Shown here: positions 26,390 to 42,649 of the stretch, in pieces
Position numbering within the stretch: the first letter of the stretch is position 1
How the letters are laid out: every line of letters begins with the position of its first letter
Origin: Eledone cirrhosa
Lineage: Eukaryota
Assembly: GCA_964016885.1 (NCBI GenBank)
Contig: OZ024764.1
Coordinates: 25,606,001-25,670,000, forward strand
DNA: 64,000 nucleotides
Direction: 5' to 3'
Notes under the pieces: generated by a model
Told to the model about the DNA's origin: nothing
Databases searched by the model: none
The model's input: only the letters and a program-made list of their open reading frames with translations
Position numbers and translations under genes: made by a program

Positions 26390-26733
26390 TCACAGTGTTC
26401 ACTGGGAGGTTTTTCCCGTGTTACCTACATAGCCACTTTACAGCGTGGACTGTGATTTTTGGCGTGACACCTACATGACCTCATTAGTTTGGACTCGGTG
26501 TTGTGGTACCAACATAACTTAACAGAGAAAGGGGTGGTTTTGGTGGGAGTGGGTGGGGGTTGAGTAGTGGTAGTGGGTTGGGGTGAATCTTTGGTTTGGA
26601 GGTGCCTACTGACTGTAGCTTAACTTTGCACGTAGGGCAGGCAGGTCTTCTGTATTACTGCGTGGTGCCAAAGATCTCGATCCAGTGACATTGTCTTAGA
26701 GAGGTGCACGTGTGCAAGGTCGGAATTTATCAA
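26390..26733 (-). mobile_element. RTE family A 3' remnant
   Basis: LINSDLAHVHLSKTMSLDRDLW plus 3' UTR homologous to 1030-1340. Confidence 0.8.
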
Positions 26734-27455
26734 GCGATGTCGTGGGATAGCAGGCAAACTAACAGGTAGGGAGAAATACGTATGCAGTAGATGTACAGAG
26801 AAATTAGACAGTAGAAGTCGCATTGGTAGACACATTTTTCAAATGCAGGTGGGTGCTATAGAAGTGGTTGATAGCTTCTGGTACATAGGTGACCGGTATC
26901 TAGAATAAGAACAGGTCGAAAGAAGTTTAGGGAGCTGCTTCCTCTGCTGAGGAAGAAGGGTTTCTCCTTGCTTACGAAATGCCGGTTATATGATGCCTGT
27001 GTGAGGAGCGCGATGCTTCATGGTAGTGAGACTTGGGCAGCAACTGCAGAGGATATGCGACGGCTGGAGAGAAATGAGGCTAGCATGCTCCATTGGATGT
27101 GCAATGTCAATGTGCGTGAATAACCCAGCGTGGATGTTTTGAGAGAGAAGAAACTGTGTCTGAGAGGGATAGAATGTAGTGTACGGGAGAGGGGACTGAG
27201 GTGGTATGGACATGTGATGCGCATGGAGGATGACCGATGGGTGAAGAAGTGCCAGGAAATGCTAGTTGAAGGAAAACATGGTAGAGGTAGACCACGAAAA
27301 ACATTGGCGGAGGTAGTGAGAACAGACCTCAAATTGCCGAAGCTCACATTGGAGATGACAAAGGACCGTGACAAGTGGAAAGATGCTGTGCTGAATAGGA
27401 CCCGTCCCACCCTTGCAAGCAGGGAAAAGCGGATGTAAAATGATGATGATGATGG
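26734..27455 (+). mobile_element. RTE family B 3' fragment
   Basis: GLRWYGHVMRMEDDRWVKKC...RTRPTLASREKR and (GAT)n tail. Confidence 0.9.
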
Positions 27456-27738
27456 TATCAATAATATTAAGAAATGGAAACTATCTTTATAAAATCATAT
27501 TTATTTTATTATATATATTTCAAGGGTACCAATATTTTGGTACGCTCCCATCAGATAAAATACAAAAATTACAAAAATTGATTTACAGATAGTGAGATAT
27601 CCAGATAATAAATTAATGTTGTGAGTTCTATGTGAATAGTATCTGAGAGCGGCCCAAAATGTTGGTACCCCTGAAATATATATAATAAAATAAATATGGT
27701 TTTATAAAGATAGTCTCCATTTATTAATATTATTGATA
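27456..27738. mobile_element. Foldback/MITE-like element with ~90-100-bp inverted arms
   Basis: 27456-27547 is the imperfect reverse complement of 27647-27738. Confidence 0.7.
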
Positions 27739-27827
27739 TTATACCCCTATAGATTGCTTCTAACCTGTTATAAATTAACTTTGTTAAATAATCAACAAAT
27801 TAAATAATTCATTGCTTATATATATAT

Positions 27828-28291
27828 ATGTCTAACACACGTGGACATGCCTACAAGATAAGAAAACAGCACAGCTCCCATGACTTTCGCAGACATTTTT
27901 TCACGCTCAGAGTTGCTGAAGCATGGAACAAACTGCCTGTGTCAATTGTTAGCTGCCGAGACACTGCATCCTTTAAGACACTCATGCTTCCCGAAATACG
28001 CCAAAACTACACCTGATGTACCCCTTCCATACACATGCACACATGTGTGTATCATGACTCGTGCACTGTTCATTTTACTGATGTTTGTGCATTGCCCTAT
28101 GTACTGTACATGCACTTTTTTGATGAGTTGTGGTGCACCTGATCACTGTACACAATATTTCATTATTGTTATTGTTATTATATCATGACTCATACACTGT
28201 TCATTTTCCTGACATTTGTATATTATTCTATGTACTATACATGCACCTTTGATGAGTTGTAGTGCACCTGAGCACTGTACACAATAATTTC

Positions 28292-28320
<29 letters not shown>
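27828..28320 (+). mobile_element. CR1/L2-type LINE 3' end with duplicated 3' UTR and (ATT)n tail
   Basis: TRGHAYKI...RRHFFTLRVAEAWNKLP is the typical CR1 ORF2 C-terminus. Confidence 0.85.
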
Positions 28321-28324
<4 letters not shown>

Positions 28325-28435
28325 TTTTTTTTTTCCCACATCTTACGTTAATTATTTTTCCATTTTGACGTTATAGTCACTTATATATTATGAAATACTG
28401 TTGGCTTCTATACTTTCTATAATTTCTATACTTTC

Positions 28436-28488
<53 letters not shown>

Positions 28489-29015
28489 TTTAGAAATGGA
28501 AATAAGAAGAGAGAGGCACATACATACATAGATGGATAGATACATACAGATAAAGAGGAAGATAGTCTTTTTAGCATTGTAGATAGAGAGGAAGAGACAT
28601 AGATAGATATAAAGGGAGTGGGAGAAAGTGGGAGGTAGAGAGAGAGTAAGAAACATAGATAGGTAGACAGAGAGAGAGAGCGAGGTGGAGAGAGAGACAT
28701 ATAGAGAGTGAGAGAAAGAGAGAGTCAGGTCAATCAATAGCCATAGTGATGAAGTGGTTTAACAGGAAAACTTTTACCAAAGCAGGGAATATGAGTAAGA
28801 TAGAGGACCATAAGATGTTTAACCCTAGGTTGACCTTGATCCACTAGACCAATAATCAAAGATATGATCATCCTGTATTTTGTGAGATAGAGGAGGACTA
28901 TAAAATTAAATAAAGATGTCGTTGTTTAGCCCTAGGTTGACCTTGATCCACTAGACCTATGATCAAATACGTCATCCACCTGTGATGTTCCTGTATATTG
29001 TTCAGACATACGATG

Positions 29016-29418
29016 TCTAGGACTACACTATCTAATGTGTCCTGTCATATATCATATATACAGACACAGTCTATCTAGGACTACACTATCTAATGTGTCC
29101 TGTCATATACAGACATAGTCTATCTAGGACTACACTATCTAATGTGTCCTGTCATATATACAGACATAGTGTATCTAGGACTACACTATCTAATGTGTCC
29201 TGTCATATATCATGTATACAGACATAGTCTATCTAGGACTACACTATCTAATGTGTCCTGTCATATATACAGACATAGTGTATCTAGGACTACACTATCT
29301 AATGTGTCCTGTCATATATCATGTATACAGACACAGTCCTGTCATATATCATGTATACAGACACAGTCTATCTAGGACTACACTATCTAATGTGTCCTGT
29401 CATATACCATATATACAG
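29016..29418. repeat. Minisatellite with ~46-59-bp units (TCTAGGACTACACTATCTAATGTGTCCTGTCATAT...)
   Basis: About 7 tandem copies. Confidence 0.92.
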
Positions 29419-30178
29419 ATATGAAGACGGGTAAGGCAGCTGGGCCTTCGGAAATAGTTGCTGAGATGCTGAAGGCCTCTGGAACGGTGGGACACACCAT
29501 GGTCACCCGGATAGTAAACCAAGTCATACAGAATGGGGTTGTTCCGAAGGACTGGCGTAGCAGCATCATCATTAACTGCTACAAGGGTAAAGGAGACGCC
29601 CTAGATAGGAGTAACTATAGAGGCATTAAATTAATCGACCAGGTCATGAAGGTCACGGAAAAAGTAATAGGGCAACTAATCAGAGAGAGAATTGATCTAG
29701 ATGAAATGCAGTTCGGGTTTGTGTCAGGTAAAAGTACCACTGACACTCTTTTCATTGTACGACAACTACAGGAGAAGTACCTAGCTAAAAGTAAACCCCT
29801 ATACTTAGCCTTTGTCGACTTGGAGAAAGCCTTCGACAAAGTCCCCAGTTCCATTATCTGGTGGGCCCTTAGAAAACTAGGTGTTGACGAATGGCTTGTG
29901 AGAGCTATACAAGCCATGTATAAAGAAACAGTCAGTAAGGTTAGAATTAACAACAAATATAGTGAAGAGTTTAGCGTAAAAGTTGGTGTCCATCAGGGCT
30001 CTGTTCTCAGCCCCCTACTATTTATTATTGCCTATGTTGGTGCCACACCATCCAGGCCGAAACAAATGAGATCGTGTAGGTGTCAAGACAAAAAAACACA
30101 CAGTCCACGCTGTAATGTGGCCGTGTAGGCAACACGGTAAAAACCTCCCAGACCCACACTGTAAATGTGGTTGGTGTT
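29419..30178 (+). mobile_element. Internally deleted RTE family A: RT N-half joined directly to the 3' UTR
   Basis: GKAAGPS, NYRGIKL, QFGF, FVDLEKAFD, GVHQGSVLSPLLF, then 3' UTR sequence from ~30033. Confidence 0.9.
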
Positions 30179-30275
30179 ATATATATATATAATGTATATA
30201 TATATATATATATAATGTATATATATATAATGTATATATATATATATATATAATGTATATATATATATATATATA

Positions 30276-30320
<45 letters not shown>

Positions 30321-30343
30321 GTATATATATATATATATATATA

Positions 30344-30461
<118 letters not shown>

Positions 30462-30470
30462 GTATATATG

Positions 30471-30570
<100 letters not shown>

Positions 30571-30590
30571 ATGTATATATATATATAATG

Positions 30591-30656
<66 letters not shown>

Positions 30657-30880
30657 GTATATATATATATAATGTATATATATATATATAATGTATATAT
30701 ATATATATATAATGTATATATATATATAATGTATATATATATATATATATAATGTATATATATATATAATGTATATATATATATATATATAATGTATATA
30801 TATATATATATAATGTATATATATATATATATAATGTATATATATATAATGTATATATATATATAATGTATATATATATA

Positions 30881-30923
<43 letters not shown>

Positions 30924-30985
30924 GTATATATATATAATGTATATATATATATAATGTATATATATATAATGTATATATATATATA

Positions 30986-31046
<61 letters not shown>

Positions 31047-31239
31047 GTATATATATATAATGTATATATATATATATAATGTATATATATATATATATAT
31101 ATATAATGTATATATATATATATATATATATAATGTATATATATATAATGTATATATATATATATAATGTATATATATATATATATATATATAATGTATA
31201 TATATATATATATATATATAATGTATATATATATAATAT

Positions 31240-31287
<48 letters not shown>

Positions 31288-31303
31288 GTATATATATATA
31301 TAA

Positions 31304-31650
31304 TCATCATTTCATCATCATTTCATTTTACGTCCGCTTTTTCCTTGCTTGCAAGGGTGGGACGGGAACTGATGCTGGCTTGATTTTTACAGCTGGATGC
31401 CCTTCCTAACACCAACCTCATTTACAGTGAGTGCTGGGTGCTTTTTTGCCGTGGCACCTCCACGACCACTTTGCAGTGGAATGATAGGGACCCCAGTCCC
31501 TATCATCTCATTTCTACAGCTGAGTAAACTGGAGCAATGTGAAATAAAGTGTCTTGCTCAAGGAAACAACACATCACCCGGTCTGAGAATTGAACTCACA
31601 ACCTTTCGATTGCAAGGCCAATGCTCTAACCACTAAGCCATGTGCCTCCA
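31304..31650 (-). mobile_element. Second SINE family: tRNA head, core and RTE-derived tail
   Basis: Reverse complement of 32483-32828 with about 4 substitutions. Confidence 0.88.
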
Positions 31651-31929
31651 TATAATGTATATATATATATTTATTAAAATAACAGATTAAAGTTTAAGCA
31701 AAGAATCGCTGCTTTCACCCTTAACGGGATCTTCTGAAACTCTGTATATATATATATATATATAATGTATATATATATAATGTATATATATATAATGTAT
31801 ATATATATATAATGTATATATATATATAATGTATATATATATATAATGTATATATATACATAATGTATATATATATATATATATATATATAATGTGTATA
31901 TATATATATATAATGTATATATATATATA

Positions 31930-31968
<39 letters not shown>

Positions 31969-32115
31969 GTGTATATATATATATATAATGTATATATATA
32001 TATATATATATAATGTATATATATATATATATATAATGTATATATATATATATATATATAATGTATATATATATATATATATAATGTATATATATATATA
32101 TATAATGTATATATA

Positions 32116-32151
<36 letters not shown>

Positions 32152-32160
32152 GTATATATA

Positions 32161-32192
<32 letters not shown>

Positions 32193-32203
32193 ATGTATAT
32201 ATA

Positions 32204-32247
<44 letters not shown>

Positions 32248-32353
32248 GTATATATATATATTTATATATATATATATATAATGTATATATATATTTATAT
32301 ATATATATATATATATAATGTATATATATATTTATATATATATATATATAATG

Positions 32354-32421
<68 letters not shown>

Positions 32422-32482
32422 GTATATATATATATATATATATATATAATGTATATATATATATATATATATACATTATATA

Positions 32483-32828
32483 TGGAGGCACATGGCTTAG
32501 TGGTTAGAGCATTGGCCTTGCAATCGAAAGGTTGTGAGTTCAATTCTCAGACCGGGTGATGTGTTGTTTCCTTGAGCAAGACACTTTATTTCACATTGCT
32601 CCAGTTTACTCAGCTGTAGAAATGAGATGATAGGGACTGGGGTCCCTATCATACCACTGCAAAGTGGTCGTGGAGGTGCCACGGCAAAAAAGCACCCAGC
32701 ACTCACTGTAAATGAGGTTGGTGTTAGGAAGGGCATCCAGCTGTAGAAATCAAGCCAGAATCAGTTCCCGTCCCACCCTTGCAAGCAGGGAAAAAGCGGA
32801 CGTAAAAATGAAATGATGATGATGATGA
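32483..32828 (+). mobile_element. Second SINE family: tRNA head, core and RTE-derived tail
   Basis: A box TGGCTTAGTGG, B box GAGTTCAATTC, core TCCTTGAGCAAGACACTTTATTTCAC; tail shared with RTE 3' ends and ending in (GAT)n. Confidence 0.88.
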
Positions 32829-32852
32829 TATATATATATATATATATATATA

Positions 32853-32884
<32 letters not shown>

Positions 32885-32886
<2 letters not shown>

Positions 32887-33762
32887 ACACAGTCTCAACC
32901 TGCCGCATCAAATCCTCTGCCTCCTTCACTGTATTTGTCGGCAAATTCAGCATCCGATACCTTTTTCGCCCTAACTCCCCTGCTCTGAGCCGGTGCTACA
33001 GTAAAGCCAGTGTCCTGGTATTTCTCCAGTGCAAGGCGCATCGCATACAATAGTCCACTACGATGATAAAAAGGTACGGAGCCAATGTATCTCCCTGGAG
33101 CACTCCAGCCAGTATCTCAAAGAACTCTGTCATCCCATCAGGTGTAATGACTTGGGCTTTGGTGTTGGTGTAGAGCAGTGATATCAGGTCCACTATCTTC
33201 TTGGGGATTCCATAAGCCTGTAAGATCTTCATCAGGCAGTGATGGTCCACAGAATCAAAGGCCTTCCTAAAGTCAATGAAAACCATGACCACAGGAAGGC
33301 ACTTTGCTCTAGCTCCCTCTAATATCCTCCTCAGCATCAGGATGTGACTGGTGGTTGATCTACCCTCTCTGAAGCCGTTCTGGTTGTCCCTGAGCTTCTT
33401 CTCCATCTCAGGCTGGATCCTGTTAAGAATCATCCTGTTGAGGGTCTTTGCCACAAGTGACGTCAGTGAGATCCCCCGGTAGTTGTTGGTGTTAGAGAGA
33501 TCTCCCTTCTTTGGCACTGGGACGATGTTACTGATCCTCCACTGATTCGGGGCAACTCTTTTCTCCAGTACCCCGTTACAGAACCCCAGGATGATATAAT
33601 CAAAATCACACCTCTTCATCACCTCTGATGCCACTCCATCTTCTCCATGAGCCTTGCCCTCCTTGATCCTCTTCTTGGCTCTCTGAAGCTCCACTCTGGT
33701 GAAGGGCCCTGTCTCAACATCCAGTTCCTCAAACAGCCGCCAGATCTCCCCACTGCTCTGGG
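32885..33762 (-). mobile_element. RTE-like LINE family D: inverted 5' segment (RT core)
   Basis: PVPKKGD, NYRGISL, QNGFR, FIDFRKAFDSV, GVLQGDTLAPYLF, damaged FAD(D) motif, ending MRQVETVS. Confidence 0.88.
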
Positions 33763-34450
33763 CTGTGGAGGCTGAGAATGAATGAGACTAAAACAAAATA
33801 TCTGGTAGAGAATGTTGAGAAGCCAGAGGGGATCACTAATGTAGGCGGGAAGCCGCTAGAATTGGTTGAGGGCTTCCTGTATTTGGGAGCAAAGATTGGG
33901 AATACGGAATATGATGTGGTTGAGAGGAAGAGCAAGACCAGGGTGGCGTGCCACAGCTTGAGATCGGTGTGGAAGTCGGACCTTCGTAAAGACCTGAAAA
34001 TCCGCCTCTTCATTGCTGTAGTGGAGTCTGTACTGCTGTATGGGTCTGAGACTTGGACACTGACCAAGAAACTCACTCAGATGGTGGATGGGTGCTACAC
34101 GAGAATGCTGAGGATGGCTCTGAACATTAATCAGTATACACTGAGGATGAAGGACTCAGAGCTGTACAGAAGCCTCCCAAAAGTCAGCTCAAAAGTGACA
34201 CACAGAGGAGACTGAGTTTAGCTGGACATGCTCACCGACATCCAGAGTTGACATTGCACTCAGTGCTCCTTTGGGAGCCCCTACATGGACATATTAGAAG
34301 AGGAAGACAAAGGTTAACGTATGTTGATGCCCTAAGGACAGACACTCGTCTGTTGGAGACGCAGGACATGGCAGCGATATTGAGGGACAGAGACCGCTGG
34401 AGAGAACTCGTCCATGGATCTCGGGAATTTTACCCGCCTTAGATAGAGAG
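33763..34450 (+). mobile_element. RTE-like LINE family D: 3' segment
   Basis: LRMNETKTK, FLYLG, VLLYGSETW, RRGR, DRDRW; stop codon followed by ATAG. Confidence 0.88.
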
Positions 34451-37516
<3,066 letters not shown>

Positions 37517-37519
<3 letters not shown>

Positions 37520-39910
37520 AGACTTCAATGGTCATGTTGGACAGCTCCAGGATGGTTACACTGGGGTACATGGTGGGCACGGTTACGGCTCAAGAAATGA
37601 AGAAGGAGTGAGACTTCTTGAATTTGGTGATGCAGGTACATTGACTATTTGCAACACAAACTTCCAGAAACCTGCCAATCACCTAATAACCTACAAATCT
37701 GGTGAGCACATAAGCCAGATTGACTTCATGCTAGTTAGGCAGCGAGACAGGCAGATAGTGTCTAATATCAAGGCATACCCTGGGGAGAAATGTACCCCAC
37801 AGCATAGGTTAGTTGTTAGTGATATCTACGTAAGCAAGAGATGGAATGAGACATATAGGAAGGTGTGGAGAAGAAAGGTCTGGAAGCTAAAAGACCTTTC
37901 ACTAAAATACAAATTTAGGAAAGCCCTTCAAGATGTATATGACGAAAAAGAAGACGATTTAGAGACGTATGACATAGATAATAACTGGAAGTTCTTACGT
38001 GACAACTTGCTGCAGGCTACTGATGAAACTTGTGGCTGGAGCAGAGCTCCAACCAGACAGAGAGTAACGTGGTGGTGGAACAGCACAGTAGATAAGGCCG
38101 GTGTACTTAGTGTCACGAATGATCAGAAAAAGGAGGCCTGGAAATGTCATTATGAGAGACTGATGAATGTGGAGAACAAATGGGAGAGAGAGAAATTACC
38201 CTTAGTAGATCCGACAGAGGGACCAGCTACTGAGATTGATGAATATAGGGTCCAAGAGGCGATTAGGGAAATGAAAAATGGTAAGTCTGCTGGACCATCG
38301 GGAATAGTTGCTGAGATGCTGAAGGCATCAGCGGACGTAGGCACTAAACTGGTTGCACGCATCATCAATCAGACTATTTATGGTGGTGTCATACCCAAAG
38401 ACTGGTGCAGCAGTATTCTCATAAATTGCTACAAAGGTAAAGGGGATGCTCTGGAGAGGAGCAATTATAGGGGTATAAAACTGATAGATCAGGTTATGAA
38501 AGTGGCAGAAAGGATATTAGCACAACTAATTAGAGAAAGGGTCAAACTAGATGAGATGCAGTTTGGTTTTGTGCCTGGGAAGAGTACAACAGATGCCCTC
38601 TTCTTGGTGAGACAATTACAAGAGAGGTTCTTAGAGAAAAATAAGCCACTATACTTAGCCTTTGTTGACCTAGAGAAGGCCTTTGATAGGGTACCCTGAT
38701 CTGTCATCTGGTGGTCCCTAAGGAAGCTAGGTGTTGAGGAATGGCTTGTGAGGACAGTGCAAACTTTGTACAGAGGTACTCTCAGTAAAGTCAGGGTAGG
38801 AATGGAGTTTAGTGAGGAATTCCAGATACAAGTAGGAGTACATCAGGGTTCGGTCCTCAGCCCGCTCTTATTCATTATAGTCCTCCAAGCCATAACAGAG
38901 GAGTTTAAGACTGGGAACTTCTCTATGCTGACGATCTGGTTCTTATAGCAGAATCAGTAGAGGAGCTAGAGAATAAATTCTGGCTATGGAAACAGCAGTT
39001 GGAAGCAAGAGGACTAAGAGTGAACCTAGCGAAGACAAAACAGTTGATGAGTAGAAAAGCGGACAAAACCCTGATTCCGTCAGGGAAATGGCCATGTTCG
39101 ATATGCAGAAAAGGAACTGGCATAAATTCTATAAAATGCACACATTGCAGATCCTGTATACACAAGAGATGTAGTGGGATAGCAGGCAAACTAACAGGTA
39201 GGGAGAAATATGTATGCAGTAGATGTACAGGGAAATTAGACAGTAGAAGTCGCACTGATAGACACATTTTTCAAATGCAAGAGGGCGCTATAGAAGTGGT
39301 GGATAGCTTCCGGTACCTAGGAGATCAGATTAGCATGGGAGGAGGGTGTTCCAAGGCCATAGTATCTAGAATAAGGACGGGTTGGAAGAAGTTTAGGGAG
39401 TTGCTTCCTCTGCTGACGAAGAAGGGTTTCTCCCTGCGTACGAAAGGCCGGTTGTATGATGCCTGTGTGAGGAGTGCGATGCTGCATGGTAGTGAGACAT
39501 GGGCAGCAACTGCAGAGGATATGCGACGGCTGGAGAGAAATGAGGCAAGCATGCTCCGTTGGATGTGCAGTATAAATATGCGTGAACGACCCAGCATAAA
39601 TGTGTCTGAGAGGGATAGAATGTAGTGTACGGGAGAGGAGACTGAGGTGGTATGGACATGTGATGCGCATGGAGGATGGCCGATGGGTGAAGAAGTGCCA
39701 GGAAATGCCAGTTGAAGGAAGACGTGGTAGAGGTAGACCACGAAAAACATGGGCGGAGGTGGTGTGAACAGACCTCAGATCATTGAAGTTCACGGTGGAG
39801 ATTACGAGGGACCGTGACGAGTGGAGAGATGCTGTGCTGAATAAGACCCGTCCCACCCTTGCAAGCAGGGAAAAGCGGACGTAAAATGATGATGATGATG
39901 ATGATGATGA
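37517..39910 (+). mobile_element. RTE family B LINE: partial APE endonuclease, RT and PHD-like insert; inactivated
   Basis: [44 protein letters not shown] at ~38924-38935; stops, frameshifts and deletions. Confidence 0.93.
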
Positions 39911-39938
39911 TATATACATTATATATATATATATATAC

Positions 39939-39973
<35 letters not shown>

Positions 39974-39974
39974 T

Positions 39975-41983
39975 CATCATCATCATCATCATCATCGTTT
40001 AACGTCCATGTTCCACGCTTGCATGGGTTTGGACGGGAGTTTTCCCACTTGAGCCAAGAGTGGTTGTCTTGCTCGCATAGGACTGTCTGGCGGGTTTTCT
40101 ACAGCTGGATGCCCTTCCTAACACCAACCACGTTTACAGTGTGGGGCTGGGAGGTTTTTACCGTGTTGCCTACACGGCCACATTACAGCGTGGACTCTCT
40201 GGCAGGTTTTCTACAGCTGGATGCCCTTCCTAACACCAACCACATTTACAGTGTGGGACTGGGAGGTTTTTACCGTGTTGCCTACACGGTCACATTACAG
40301 CGTGGACTGTGTGTTTTTTTTGTCATGACACCTACACGATCTCATTTGTTTCGGCCTGGATTTTGTGGCACCAACATAACTTTACATTGAAAGGGGCGGT
40401 GTGGATGGGGTGGGGGTAGTGGGATGGGGGTGTATTTTGTTAGAGGTGCCTACTGACTGTGGTAGGTTTCACTTTGTACTTAGGTAAGGCGGGTCTTCGG
40501 TATTACTGTGTAGCGCCAAAGATCTCGGTCCAGTGACATTGTTTTGGAGAGGTGTAAGTGTGTGTGGTCGGAATTTATCAAGTCCTCCCAGGTTTTTCTG
40601 GGTCTGCCTACTCCGTGGCTACCGTCTATTTTGATCGCCCTGCACTTTTTTATACAGCTTTCGTCTTTCATGCGCATCACGTGACCATACCAACGTAGTT
40701 TTCTCTTCCCTCTTATTTCTAATTTTTCCCTTAGTTCGTTTATGCTTTGCCGTTCACGTATATTACTATTACACATCCAGCGGAGCATGCAAGCTTCATT
40801 CCTCTCCAGTCTGCGTATATCCTCTGCACACAATGCCCAGGTCTCACTGCCTTGTAACATTGCTGTTTGTATGCATCATACAGCCTGCCTTTCATTTTTA
40901 GAGAGAACCCTTTAGCGGCTAATAAACTCTCTGAACTTTTTCCATCCAGTTCTGACTCTAGCTACTGTACTTTCAGAGCACCCTCCCCCACTGCTGATTT
41001 TGTCACCCAGGTAACGGAAGCTGTCCACTATTTCTATAGAACCATCTGTGCAATGGAATGAGCTAGTATTCTGTGGGCACTTGCTGCTACTTATTGCACC
41101 AGAGCACCGGCCACATATAAAATCTATATTCTTAGTTTGCTTACCTGTGATCCCACTAGATCTTTTATGCACCCATACTTTGCATTTGGGACATAAAATG
41201 GGGTTTCTACCTACTCCTTTCCTACACACTGAGCATGGCCATTTCCCGGATGGGACTGGTGCCCTATTTTCCTTCCTACAAACTAGAACTTTAGTCTTAG
41301 ACAGGTTAATTTTAAGGCCTTTTGATTCTAGGCCATGCTTCCATGTTTGGAATTTCTTCTCTAGTTCGGCCATTGATTCAGCTATGAGCGTTAGATCATC
41401 TGCTTATAGGAGTTCCCATGGGCAGCCAGTCTTGAACTCCACTGTTATAGCCTGAAGGGCAATAATAAATAGTAGGGGGCTAAGAACGGAGCCCTGATGA
41501 ACACCAACTTTTACGCTAAACTCTTCACTGTATTCGTTGTTAATTCTAACCTTGCTGACTGTTGTTTTATACATGGCTTGTATAGCTCTCACAAGCCATT
41601 CATCAACACCTAGTTTTCTAAGGGCCCACCAGAAAATGGAGCGGGGGACTCTGTCGAAGGCTTTCTCCAAGTCGACAAAAGCTAAGTATAGGGGTTTACA
41701 TATAGCTAGGTACTTCTCCTGTAGTTGTCGTACAATGAAAAGAGCGTCTGTGGTACTTTTACCTGACACAAACCCGAACTACATTTCATCTAGATCAATT
41801 CTCTCTCTGATTAGTTGCCCTATTACTTTTTCTGTGACCTTCATGACCTGGTCGATTAATTTAATGCCTCTATAGTTACTCCTATCTAGGGCATCTCCTT
41901 TACCCTTGTAGCAGTTAATGATGATGCTGCTACGCCAGTCCTTCGGAACAACCCCATTCTGTATGACTTGGTTTACTATCCGG
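39975..41983 (-). mobile_element. RTE family A LINE: 5'-truncated RT plus 3' UTR
   Basis: FVDLEKAFDRVP, GVHQGS, GCPWELL, WPCSVC, GRPRKTW and (GAT)n tail. Confidence 0.93.
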
Positions 41984-42073
41984 TTTATCTTGGTTTACTA
42001 TATATATATACATTATATATATATATATATATATACATTATATATATATATATATATACTTATATATATATAC

Positions 42074-42120
<47 letters not shown>

Positions 42121-42142
42121 TATATATCTATATATATATATA

Positions 42143-42352
42143 GGAACGATCGACTTTTGCCAAATCCGACCGAGGGAACAATGTTTCCGTTGGTCTTTCC
42201 AATTGCTAATACTATCTATCGGTCGCAACTCCAGGTAGAAGGAGCAACGTGAAATAAAGTGTCTTGCTCAAGGACATAACGCACGCCTGTTCCGAGAATC
42301 GAACTCACAACCTTACGATTGCGAATCCAATTCTCTAACCACTCAGCCACAT
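42143..42352 (-). mobile_element. SINE with the same head and core as 32483-32828 but a different tail
   Basis: Minus strand TGGCTGAGTGGTTAGAG, GAGTTCGATTC and TCCTTGAGCAAGACACTTTATTTCAC. Confidence 0.8.
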
Positions 42353-42419
42353 GTATATATATACATTATATATATATATATATATACACATTATATATAT
42401 ATACACTTTATATATATAC

Positions 42420-42529
<110 letters not shown>

Positions 42530-42649
42530 GGGAATTTTACCCGCCTTAGATAGATATATATATATATATATATATATACATTATATATATATATATATAT
42601 ATATACTTATATATATATACATTATATATATATATATATATATACACTA

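Noticed and set aside
32483-32555. tRNA gene-like sequence, also at 31578-31650
   Set aside because: It is a SINE head: there is no proper acceptor stem, and it continues into the SINE core and an RTE tail.
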